From Flavobacteriales bacterium (GTDB lineage Bacteria > Bacteroidota > Bacteroidia > CAIKAF01), in the NCBI GenBank assembly GCA_026418175.1, contig JAOABX010000009.1, positions 21,121-85,120 on the forward strand: 64,000 nt of DNA, given 5' to 3'. The notes below the pieces were generated by a model. That model was given only the letters and a program-made list of their open reading frames with translations, did not search any database and was not told where the DNA came from. Shown here piece by piece: positions 41,539 through 50,495 of this stretch (its first letter is position 1; every line of letters begins with the position of its first letter). The position numbers and the translations under genes are program-made.

Positions 41539-42948
41539 TTATAAAAATCGCTTGAGCAATGCTTTCATTAAATTCATCCGTCCTTTTTTATAGGGTGGAA
41601 ATCGTAAAAAGTTATCTAAGGGTTGAGGGCCTCGGATTAGTACAGAACGTTTATGAGAAAAGGTATCAAAACTAAATTTACCATGATAACCACCTATTCC
41701 GCTTTCACCTACGCCACCAAATGGCATTTCGCTGCTGCTTATATGCAATACGGTATCATTAATGGTTACTCCACCACTGGAGGTATTGTTTAAATATTTG
41801 TTCTGAATGGCCGAACTTTTGGTAAATAAATAAGTCGCCAATGGCTTTTCCCGGCTGTTAACAAATTCAATTACTTCTTCAATGTTGTTGTAAGTATAAA
41901 TGGGTAGAATAGGTCCAAAAATTTCTTCTGTCATCACCGTGCTGTGAAAAGGAGCATTGAAAAGTAAGGTAGGTTCTATTTTTAGTTTTTCATCATCAAA
42001 TTTTCCACCAAATAAAATTTCTCCATCGTTTAAATATCCTTTCAGTCGATTGTAATGTTTTTCATTGATGATTTTGCAATAATCACTACTATGTATTGGT
42101 TCATTTCCATATGCATGGATAATGGCATTTTTTAATGCATCTATCAGTTTATCTTTTGCATCAATATGAACAAATAAATAGTCGGGCGCCAAACATGTTT
42201 GTCCACTATTGATCCATTTGCCCCAGGCAATGCGCTTTGCTGCTAATTTAATATCGGCATCTTTATGAACCACACAAGGGCTTTTTCCACCAAGTTCTAG
42301 GGTTACCGGGGTAAGATGTTTTGCCGCTGCTTGATAAATAATTCTGCCTACTTCCGGGCCACCGGTATAAAAAATATAATCCCAGCGTTCATTAAGCAAT
42401 TCCTGTGTTTCTTTTACTCCACCTTCAATAACATGGATATATCCTGAATCAAAATTTTCATTGATTATTTTTTTCATGATGGCTGATGTGTGCGGAGCGT
42501 GCTCTGAAGGTTTCATGATAACACAATTTCCGGCAGCCATTGCACCAACCAATGGAGAAAACGTCAACTGAAATGGATAATTCCAAGGAGCAATCACTAA
42601 AATATTGCCATAAGGTTCACGAATAATTTTGCTTGAACCGGGAGTATTAAAAAGTGAGGTGGGAACAATTTCGGGCGCAGCCCATTCACGAATGTGTTTT
42701 AGTGTATGTTTAATTTCAGCATAAAATGGACCTGTTTCTACCATCATGCTTTCGTAATGGGGCTTATTTAGGTCGTTGTATAGAGCATCATAAATATCCT
42801 GCTCATATTGCTGAACCAGCTTATTTAATTTTTTAATCTCTGCAATTCTAAATTCCAAATCCTTGGTTTTCCCGGAACGAAAAAAATCTTTTTGATTTTT
42901 TACTATTTGTGAAATGGCCATATCTGCTTGCATGACAACACTAGTCAT
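41539..42948 (-). CDS. NAD(P)+-dependent aldehyde dehydrogenase (ALDH3-like family)
   Basis: Conserved ELGGKSP, catalytic Cys in GQTCLAPDY, EIFGPILPI; 469 aa. Confidence 0.9.
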   Translation of the reverse strand: MTSVVMQADMAISQIVKNQKDFFRSGKTKDLEFRIAEIKKLNKLVQQYEQDIYDALYNDLNKPHYESMMVETGPFYAEIKHTLKHIREWAAPEIVPTSLFNTPGSSKIIREPYGNILVIAPWNYPFQLTFSPLVGAMAAGNCVIMKPSEHAPHTSAIMKKIINENFDSGYIHVIEGGVKETQELLNERWDYIFYTGGPEVGRIIYQAAAKHLTPVTLELGGKSPCVVHKDADIKLAAKRIAWGKWINSGQTCLAPDYLFVHIDAKDKLIDALKNAIIHAYGNEPIHSSDYCKIINEKHYNRLKGYLNDGEILFGGKFDDEKLKIEPTLLFNAPFHSTVMTEEIFGPILPIYTYNNIEEVIEFVNSREKPLATYLFTKSSAIQNKYLNNTSSGGVTINDTVLHISSSEMPFGGVGESGIGGYHGKFSFDTFSHKRSVLIRGPQPLDNFLRFPPYKKGRMNLMKALLKRFL

Positions 42949-43055
42949 AGATTATTTTTTATGATAAATATACAATTTGCACTTACAACTGACAAAGAAA
43001 ATCTAAGTGATAGATGATTTTCCTATTTATTTAATGAAGCTATTCAGCTGGTCTA

Positions 43056-44288
43056 TTAACTCCGAATATTGTATTCTTTGATTTTTCGATACAGGGTACG
43101 TTCAGAGATTCCTAATTCACGTGCTGCACTCTTGCGTTTGCCCCGATGTTTGCTCAGCGCTTTTTCTATCAGTTCTTTTTCTTGTTCTTCCAACGAAAGT
43201 GACTCTTCCACTTCCGTATGCAATATGGGTTCTTTATGTATCGAAGTGGAATGTATGACTAAATTGTCATTGAAAGGTTGATTTTGAGTAGGTTGATATT
43301 CTTCATACAAACGTTGTAGAATTTGTGCATTTTGTTCAGTAGCCGGAATATTTCCACCTCCAGCCTGAATGATAGCCATAACAAGCTTTTTCAGGTCCAC
43401 AATATCTTTCTTCATATCAAACAAAAACTTGTAGATGATTTCCCTATCCGAAATACCATCTTCGCCGGAGCCACCTCCTGTTAGCATTGGTAGATTTGCA
43501 CCTTCACGTTCTTCAGGCAAATAGTTTCGTAAGGTTTCGGCACTAATCTCTCGATCTTTTTCCAGAATCGAGATCTGTTCAGTGATATTTTTCAGTTGTC
43601 TTATATTTCCTGGCCATCGGTATGCCTGCAAGGTTCTTCGAGCCTCGTCGGTAAGGCGTATGGGTGGCATGCGATATTTTTCGGCAAAATCCTGAGCAAA
43701 TTTTCGGAAAATCATTTCGATATCTTCTTTCCGTTCACGAAGTGGCGGAATGTGTATGGGTACTGTATTTAAGCGGTAATACAAATCCTCTCTGAATTTA
43801 CCTTTGTTAATCAAGTCCATCATGTTGATGTTGGTAGCAGCTACTACCCGTACATCGGTTTTTTGCACTTTGGATGAACCTACCCGAATAAACTCACCGG
43901 TTTCTAATACACGTAATAATCGTACCTGAGTTTGAAGAGGGAGGTCAGCTACTTCATCCAAAAAAATAGTTCCACCGTTTACTACTTCAAAATATCCTTT
44001 GCGGGCATCATGGGCACCGGTAAATGCTCCTTTTTCGTGACCAAACAATTCGGAATCAATTGTACCTTCAGGTATAGCCCCACAGTTTACAGCGATGAAC
44101 GGGCCATGCTTTCTGGAGCTAAGTTGATGAATGATTTTAGAAAAAATTTCTTTACCTACCCCGCTTTCTCCGGTTATAAGTACTGTAAGGTTAGTGGATG
44201 CAACTTGCTGTGCAATATCTATTGCTCGATCTAATAATGGTGATGAGCCAATAATTCCAAAACGATTTTTTATTTCTTGTATAGTCAT
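43056..44288 (-). CDS. Sigma-54-dependent transcriptional activator (AAA+ bEBP plus C-terminal Fis-type HTH), with no N-terminal receiver or sensor domain
   Basis: Walker A GESGVGKE at residue ~40; GAFTGA loop; Walker B FLDEV; C-terminal HTH …AARELGISERTLYRKIKEYNI. Long Gly/acidic linker between AAA+ and HTH. Confidence 0.9.
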   Translation of the reverse strand: MTIQEIKNRFGIIGSSPLLDRAIDIAQQVASTNLTVLITGESGVGKEIFSKIIHQLSSRKHGPFIAVNCGAIPEGTIDSELFGHEKGAFTGAHDARKGYFEVVNGGTIFLDEVADLPLQTQVRLLRVLETGEFIRVGSSKVQKTDVRVVAATNINMMDLINKGKFREDLYYRLNTVPIHIPPLRERKEDIEMIFRKFAQDFAEKYRMPPIRLTDEARRTLQAYRWPGNIRQLKNITEQISILEKDREISAETLRNYLPEEREGANLPMLTGGGSGEDGISDREIIYKFLFDMKKDIVDLKKLVMAIIQAGGGNIPATEQNAQILQRLYEEYQPTQNQPFNDNLVIHSTSIHKEPILHTEVEESLSLEEQEKELIEKALSKHRGKRKSAARELGISERTLYRKIKEYNIRS

Positions 44289-44336
44289 ACAATTTCAAAA
44301 TTTATTGTCAAGTAAAAAGTATGATTTTTGCGTTTT

Positions 44337-45788
44337 TTATCTTTCACGAACAATTGATCCAATTAATGTGGCCGAAGTGCACGCATTTACTTTTACCTGA
44401 ACATAATCACCGGGTTTTGTATTTTCTTTCGGAAAAACGATTACTTTATTTTGGCTATTTCTGCCATAATATTCTGCTTCATTTTTTTTGGATGGGCCTT
44501 CAACCAGTACTTCAAAGGTTTTACCCACATCTCTTTGATTGCTTTCTAATGAAAGTTTTGTTTGCAAATCAATTACTTCTTGAAGTCTTTTTCCTTTAAT
44601 TTCATCGGGTACATCATCTTTGTATTTGCGTTGCGCCAAGGTATTGGGGCGTTCAGAATATTTAAACATGTATGCGTAATCAAAACCTACTATTTTCATT
44701 AGACTGATGGTATCAGCATGTTCTTCTTCTGTTTCGCCGCAAAAACCCGTGATAATATCGGTACTAATGGCACAATCGGGTATATATTTTTTAATGGCAT
44801 CAATCCTGTCTAGGTATTCTTCACGGCTATATCCGCGGTTCATTCGTTTCAGCACAGCCGTATTTCCACTTTGTACCGGTAAGTGAATATAGCGGCAAAT
44901 GTTTGCATGAGCAGCCATAACTTGAAGTACTTCATCGGTCATGTCTCTCGGATTGCTGGTGGTATAACGGATGCGAAGGTCTTTGCCGATTGATGCCACA
45001 CGACTGAGTAGTTCTGCAAAGTTTACACTGTTTTTCTTCTCTTCATCGGAAAGGTTTTTAAATTCTTTTTTAGGTCCCCCACCAAACCACAGGTACGAAT
45101 CAACATTTTGGCCTAGCAGTGTAATTTCTCGATATCCGGCTTCATACAATTCACGGGCTTCTTGAATAATGCTTTCAGGATTTCGGCTGCGTTCCCTGCC
45201 ACGGGTAAATGGTACTACACAAAACGAGCACATGTTATCGCATCCCCGCATAATGGAGATAAATGCACTGATGCCGTTGCCTCCTAATCTTACCGGATTT
45301 ATATCAGCGTAAGTTTCTTCAAGCGATAAAATCACATTCACAGCTTTTTGCCCGTCTTCCACTTGACCAACCAAGTCTGGAAGTGAACGATATGCATCCG
45401 GCCCTACTACAATGTCCACCAATTTTTCTTCTTCCAGAAACTTTTCTTTTAGTCGTTCAGCCATGCAACCCAAAACACCCACTACCAAGTGCGGTTTATG
45501 TTTTTTTAATGCCTTGAATTCCTTCAAGCGCTGTCTTACCCGTTGCTCTGCATTTTCGCGAATGGCACAAGTGTTTATAAAAATTACATCCGTTTCGTAA
45601 ATATTGGCGGTGGTATGGTACCCGTTTTCATGCATGATGGAAGCCACGATCTCACTGTCTGAAAAATTCATTTGACAACCGTAACTTTCTATAAAAACCT
45701 TTTTCCCTAATCCTTCGCCGGTTTGAGCCAGCACGGTAGGTTTCCCCTGCAATTCTTCCCTGATTTCTTTTTTTTCTATTTGGAACAT
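44337..45788 (-). CDS. miaB: tRNA (N6-isopentenyladenosine37-C2)-methylthiotransferase, radical-SAM MTTase
   Basis: UPF0004 N-terminal domain (YGCQMN), radical-SAM CDNMCSFC, C-terminal TRAM domain; 483 aa. Confidence 0.85.
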   Translation of the reverse strand: MFQIEKKEIREELQGKPTVLAQTGEGLGKKVFIESYGCQMNFSDSEIVASIMHENGYHTTANIYETDVIFINTCAIRENAEQRVRQRLKEFKALKKHKPHLVVGVLGCMAERLKEKFLEEEKLVDIVVGPDAYRSLPDLVGQVEDGQKAVNVILSLEETYADINPVRLGGNGISAFISIMRGCDNMCSFCVVPFTRGRERSRNPESIIQEARELYEAGYREITLLGQNVDSYLWFGGGPKKEFKNLSDEEKKNSVNFAELLSRVASIGKDLRIRYTTSNPRDMTDEVLQVMAAHANICRYIHLPVQSGNTAVLKRMNRGYSREEYLDRIDAIKKYIPDCAISTDIITGFCGETEEEHADTISLMKIVGFDYAYMFKYSERPNTLAQRKYKDDVPDEIKGKRLQEVIDLQTKLSLESNQRDVGKTFEVLVEGPSKKNEAEYYGRNSQNKVIVFPKENTKPGDYVQVKVNACTSATLIGSIVRER

Positions 45789-45925
45789 GATGCTTCTTTT
45801 TGTTTAAAATTGCTTCACAAAAGTACGGATTTTTACAGGCAGTGACAAATTGTCAGGTTTGTTTTTTGGATTTTTAAAGAATAAATCTTCTGCAATTAAT
45901 TATTTAATAATCGTATTTTCAGTCC

Positions 45926-46534
45926 ATGAAAAATACATCTCCGGCAGTAAATGATTACATTGAGCGGGCACAGCCTTTTTCCCGACCCATTTTGACACAT
46001 CTTCGTTATTTAATTCATACAGCTTGTCCTGAGGTTGAAGAAACCATCAAATGGGGAAGGCCTGCTTTTTTATATCGTGGTAAATTATTGTGTGGCATGG
46101 CTGCATTTAAGCAACATTGTTCATTTGCTTTTTGGAATGGAGAAATATTAAATTCACACAATGAACATTTCGTCCGTGTTGGGAATTCAAGCATGATGCA
46201 ATTAAAAACAATTAAACACTTGCATGACTTGCCGGATGATAAATTAATGCTTGAATACCTTGAATTAGCTAAAAATGCTATAGAAAATCCGATTGAAAGA
46301 AAACAATCCAAAAAACAAAGCAACAGATTAGAAATACCTGTTGATTTTATGGAATTGTTAAAACAAAATCCATTGGCTCTTGCCACGTTTGAAAAATTTT
46401 CTTATTCTCATCGCAAAGAGTACGTTACATGGATAACAGAAGCCAAAAAGCCCGAAACGCGAATGAGAAGAATGGAAAAAGCCCTGGAAATGCTGGCAGA
46501 GGGCAAAGATAAAAACCACGCGTACCGAAAATAA
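45926..46534 (+). CDS. DUF1801 / YdeI-OmpD-associated family protein
   Basis: N-terminal …VNDYIERAQPFSRPILTHLRYLIHTACPEVEETIKWGRPAF… (DUF1801); C-terminal …YSHRKEYVTWITEAKKPETRMRRMEKALEML (YdeI-like). Confidence 0.75.
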   Translation: MKNTSPAVNDYIERAQPFSRPILTHLRYLIHTACPEVEETIKWGRPAFLYRGKLLCGMAAFKQHCSFAFWNGEILNSHNEHFVRVGNSSMMQLKTIKHLHDLPDDKLMLEYLELAKNAIENPIERKQSKKQSNRLEIPVDFMELLKQNPLALATFEKFSYSHRKEYVTWITEAKKPETRMRRMEKALEMLAEGKDKNHAYRK

Positions 46535-46543
46535 AACAAACAC

Positions 46544-47734
46544 ATGCAACGTGATTATTTTTATTATAAAAACATTCTGGCAGGAAAATCCATGCCGCTG
46601 GCCTTTGTTGATTTGGATTTGTTCGATCAGAATATTCAAGAAGTACTGAGGCGTGTTGGTAATCTTCCCATTCGGGTAGCTTCCAAATCATTAAGGTGCT
46701 TACCTTTATTGCAACGAATAATACAGGCTGATAGCCGTTTTCAGGGCATCATGGCGTATCATCCGCTAGAAGCCGTAAAGCTTAGCCAGGCCGGACTGGA
46801 TGATATTCTGTTGGGGTATCCTTGTTTTCATGAACAACACATTCAGGCTGTGCTTGAGGAAGTGAAGCGAGGTAAAAAAATCATTTTCATGGTGGATGAA
46901 GAGTCGCATTTGTTGCGGATAGATAAGCTGGCTAAAAAACTAGATGTACTTACAAAGATATGTTTTGATGTTGACATGAGTACAAATTTTCCTGGCTTGC
47001 ATTTTGGGGTTTGGCGGTCACCTTTACATACTGTGCAGGATGTGATGAAGCTAACAGAAGTATTGAAACGTTGCTCCAATCTTGCACTGGAGGGTATTAT
47101 GGGGTATGAAGCCCAAATTGCTGGCTTAGGTGATAATGTCGCTGGAAATGGTATTAAGAATAAAATTATAAAATGGTTAAAGAAAAAATCAATAAAAGAT
47201 ATTATTACTCGTCGTGGTGCAATTGTTAAAGCATTAGAGGAAGAAGGAATTAAAATAAATTTGGTAAATGCCGGCGGAACAGGAAGTATAGAGAGTAGCA
47301 TTCTTGAACCATGGGTTACTGAAGTAACTGTAGGTTCAGCATTTTATGCGCCGGCTCTGTTTGATTATTACACAACATTCAGGCATCAGCCAGCTGCTGC
47401 TTTTGCTTTGGAAATTACTCGTATTCCATCACCGGGAATTTATACTTGTCAAGGAGGTGGATATATTGCATCCGGTGAAGTTGGTGTGATAAAACAGCCT
47501 GTACCATATTTACCTGAGGGAATAAAAACAATATCAACAGAGGGGTTTGGAGAAGTTCAAACGCCTATACGCTATAATGGAAAAGTTTCATTACAAGTTG
47601 GAGATCCGTTATTTTTCCGGCATGCTAAAGCCGGAGAATTAATGGAGCGTTTTAATAAAATTTACTTTATTAAAGAAGGAAAAATTGTTGACGAAGAATT
47701 GACGTACCGAGGCATGGGATGGTGTTTTGGATGA
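46544..47734 (+). CDS. Fold-type-III PLP-dependent enzyme of the alanine-racemase N-terminal domain / DSD1 (D-serine dehydratase-like / D-threonine aldolase) family
   Basis: PLP-lysine context …RVASKSLRC…; 396 aa with barrel plus C-terminal beta domain. 10 nt downstream of the previous gene. Confidence 0.65.
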   Translation: MQRDYFYYKNILAGKSMPLAFVDLDLFDQNIQEVLRRVGNLPIRVASKSLRCLPLLQRIIQADSRFQGIMAYHPLEAVKLSQAGLDDILLGYPCFHEQHIQAVLEEVKRGKKIIFMVDEESHLLRIDKLAKKLDVLTKICFDVDMSTNFPGLHFGVWRSPLHTVQDVMKLTEVLKRCSNLALEGIMGYEAQIAGLGDNVAGNGIKNKIIKWLKKKSIKDIITRRGAIVKALEEEGIKINLVNAGGTGSIESSILEPWVTEVTVGSAFYAPALFDYYTTFRHQPAAAFALEITRIPSPGIYTCQGGGYIASGEVGVIKQPVPYLPEGIKTISTEGFGEVQTPIRYNGKVSLQVGDPLFFRHAKAGELMERFNKIYFIKEGKIVDEELTYRGMGWCFG

Positions 47735-47835
47735 TGCAAGAATTTAATACTGCATATGCCGTAATTTTAAAATACTTATTAATATTGGCATAAGTTTTTC
47801 GTTTCTTTACCCGTAAACCTAAAAATTAAAGAAAC

Positions 47836-48381
47836 ATGTTAAAAATTTGTTCAACCCTAATTCTAACAACTCTAACTTCTATTTTTATTTTTTCTCAGGA
47901 ATTATCTCGTTCAGCTAATTACATGCAATTGGCGATGGAAAAATATCAGTCCATGGATGCCAAAGCTGCCCTTGATTTATTTACTAAGGCTATTGAAGCT
48001 GATCCAACCAATCATGAGGCTTATTTCTGGAGAGCAATTATGAAACGTAAAGTAGAAGGAGCTGCTGCGGCTATCAGTGATTATGACAAAGCTATAAGTT
48101 TATTTCCTGATCCAAAGTATTATAATAACCGTGGTGTAGATAAATCTTTGCTGGGAATGTATCAAGCAGCAATATCTGACTATTATCAGGCATTGCGCCT
48201 AAAACCAGATTACGGAGATGCTATGTTTAATATGGGATATAGTTATTATGAACTTGGAAAAACAGATTCAACCTGTTATTATTTAGGCAAAGCTGTGGCG
48301 CTCAATCATAGTATGGCTGCTCAAATTATGAAGGAAATTTGTAAGTCTGGAGACGATGGAATAATTCCCAATACTCACTAA
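47836..48381 (+). CDS. Exported tetratricopeptide-repeat protein
   Basis: Signal peptide; three to four TPR units (…EAYFWRAIMKRKVEG… / …AMFNMGYSYYELGK…). Confidence 0.7.
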   Translation: MLKICSTLILTTLTSIFIFSQELSRSANYMQLAMEKYQSMDAKAALDLFTKAIEADPTNHEAYFWRAIMKRKVEGAAAAISDYDKAISLFPDPKYYNNRGVDKSLLGMYQAAISDYYQALRLKPDYGDAMFNMGYSYYELGKTDSTCYYLGKAVALNHSMAAQIMKEICKSGDDGIIPNTH

Positions 48382-48452
48382 GGCCGTTTTAAACCCGTAT
48401 ATATATGTTTCAATTTTTTATTAATGTTTAACCTTTCAAAAACCAAAACAAC

Positions 48453-48899
48453 ATGAAGAAGTTAATGATGATTATCGCAGTGGCAACATTTACAGTTGCC
48501 GGAGCTATCGCTCAAAATTTTCCAAATGCCGCTAAAGGTGAAAAAATGACTTCACGTGGTGCTGATCCAAACATCAAAGGAGACAAAGCTTCTGTAATGA
48601 AGCAAACTCCATCTGTTTTTGTAAAACCATCTGAAAAGGCAGGAACAGAATCTGAAGCAAGAGGTGCTCAGGGAACTTGTACTGTAATTTATGACAACTG
48701 GACAAATTACTACATTGATTGTTATACTGATGGTTATTATTCTGGTTATGTTTCTCCTTGGGGTAAATTGTATGTTTATGTAACCGGTGGAAATACCTCT
48801 GCTTACGGAGTTGCTACTTTTACTGATGGTTCTTCACTGTATTGGGGACCACTTACCCGCTACTGTTACAACCAGGAGTGGACGGTTAGCTGGTACTAA
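48453..48899 (+). CDS. Small secreted protein (148 aa) with a low-complexity linker and a C-terminal Tyr/Trp/Gly-rich, three-Cys domain
   Basis: Signal peptide MKKLMMIIAVATFTVAGAIAQ. C-terminal …CTVIYDNWTNYYIDCYTDGYYSGYVSPWGKLYVYV…YCYNQEWTVSWY. Followed by its own terminator. Confidence 0.55.
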   Translation: MKKLMMIIAVATFTVAGAIAQNFPNAAKGEKMTSRGADPNIKGDKASVMKQTPSVFVKPSEKAGTESEARGAQGTCTVIYDNWTNYYIDCYTDGYYSGYVSPWGKLYVYVTGGNTSAYGVATFTDGSSLYWGPLTRYCYNQEWTVSWY

Positions 48900-48920
48900 T
48901 CAATCATTTTAAAACGGCAT

Positions 48921-48968
48921 AGGCTCCTTGTTTTATCGGTATACCTTTAACGCAGGGAGCCTTTTTTA
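48921..48968 (+). terminator. Rho-independent terminator (GGCTCC…GGAGCC stem plus TTTTTT) downstream of the small secreted protein gene
   Basis: Seen in sequence. Confidence 0.6.
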
Positions 48969-48991
48969 TTTGCTCACTTAATAAAAAAAGT

Positions 48992-50470
48992 ATGAATCTA
49001 GTTAAGATACAACTCGGAATTATTCTATGGATATTTTCATCCATGATTACAATAGCTCAAGAACCATATGATGCTATTGAAAATGCCCTGGCAGGTTCTG
49101 TAACAGTAGCAGTATATAAAACTGATATAACCAAACGTCCTTTAGGTTTTAGAGGTGAAGTGGCTTCAGATGTAGCTTATGAAAAGGCACTGGACATGGC
49201 CGGTGTACAAAGCAGCGGATCAGGATTTGTGATTCAGCAGGGCGGAAAAAAATATGTGATCACCAATGCTCACGTAATCGAAAAAGCTTCGGATGAAGCC
49301 GGAAGTTTGTTTGTGTTTTCCATTACACGCAACAAATATGAAGTGAAAATTGTAGGAGGTGACTCCTTTTATGATATTGCTGTATTAGAATTTGTGCAAA
49401 CACCCGGTAGCGAAATTAAGGTACTAGAGTTCAAGACTGAAGAACCACGAATTGGAGAAAGGGTATATGCTATAGGTAATCCCTTGGGAGAATATCCCTA
49501 CACTGTAACCGATGGTATTATCAGTGCAAAAAATCGTGTTCGTGGAGGACTTACCGGTAAGTTTGGATTTTTGCAAACTACAGCAACTGTAATTTGGGGA
49601 AATAGCGGTGGACCGCTGATTGATAGCAAAGGAAAAGTAGCCGGTGTAAATTCTCAAATTGCTTTTACAACTGCTCCAACGGGTGAAACCCTTTGGCAAT
49701 CGCAAATCAACTTTGCACTGGAAGCTGATATTACACAGCGTTTGGTAAATGATATCATTACGAACAAAGGATTGGTGAAACGTGCTTATTTAGGTATCGA
49801 ATTATCTCAAAAATATCGCTGGGAGAGAATAAGCTACAATCAAGGTGATTGGAAATTAATGGATGAAAGGCCGATATTATCTGGAGTAATTCGTAATTCA
49901 CCGGTTGCTAATGAATTGTCTGGATATATAGGTTATCAAATCATTCGTATTGGACGCGAAGAAGTTCGTAATTTGGAAGAAGCATTAGGTGAATTGGAAA
50001 AAATTACACCTGGAAGCGCTGTGGAGATTACATTTATGAAAGACGGAAAAGAAACCCCGGTTAGGCTAAATACAAAAGTGCTTACTCCCAAAGAAAATGA
50101 AGATATTGCCCGCCATGTTATGGCCAAGAATACAGAAATTAAAATGGATTTTAATGGAGAACAGGTTTCATTTACCTACAGTCCTTCACAAATGCTTTTG
50201 AATTGGAACAACAAGTATCAAAAAGGACAAGGAGCAAATGCACCTGCGAAATATCATGTTTTGGCTGCTGGGGTATCTACTCCTAATTATTCTGACATGT
50301 GGAAAGTTCTTAAACTTTCTGACCTGGGTGCCTCGCTTCGTTTATCAGGCCTGAGTGGTGTACTGGATTTTTACGTGGTAAAAGCCGGTGATGCTTCCAA
50401 CAATGTGGAGAATTACCGCATCAACTTTTCCGGAAATGATAATATTCTTCAGAAACTGCTTTGGTATTAG
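48992..50470 (+). CDS. Exported trypsin-like serine protease of HtrA/DegP (S1C)-like architecture with a PDZ domain and an extra C-terminal region
   Basis: Signal peptide. Catalytic triad contexts ITNAHVI / YDIAVLEF / GNSGGPLID. PDZ-like …AYLGIEL…GVIRNSPVANELSGYIGYQIIRIGREEV…. Confidence 0.8.
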   Translation: MNLVKIQLGIILWIFSSMITIAQEPYDAIENALAGSVTVAVYKTDITKRPLGFRGEVASDVAYEKALDMAGVQSSGSGFVIQQGGKKYVITNAHVIEKASDEAGSLFVFSITRNKYEVKIVGGDSFYDIAVLEFVQTPGSEIKVLEFKTEEPRIGERVYAIGNPLGEYPYTVTDGIISAKNRVRGGLTGKFGFLQTTATVIWGNSGGPLIDSKGKVAGVNSQIAFTTAPTGETLWQSQINFALEADITQRLVNDIITNKGLVKRAYLGIELSQKYRWERISYNQGDWKLMDERPILSGVIRNSPVANELSGYIGYQIIRIGREEVRNLEEALGELEKITPGSAVEITFMKDGKETPVRLNTKVLTPKENEDIARHVMAKNTEIKMDFNGEQVSFTYSPSQMLLNWNNKYQKGQGANAPAKYHVLAAGVSTPNYSDMWKVLKLSDLGASLRLSGLSGVLDFYVVKAGDASNNVENYRINFSGNDNILQKLLWY

Positions 50471-50495
50471 TTAGTAGATTATAAAAATCATTCAT

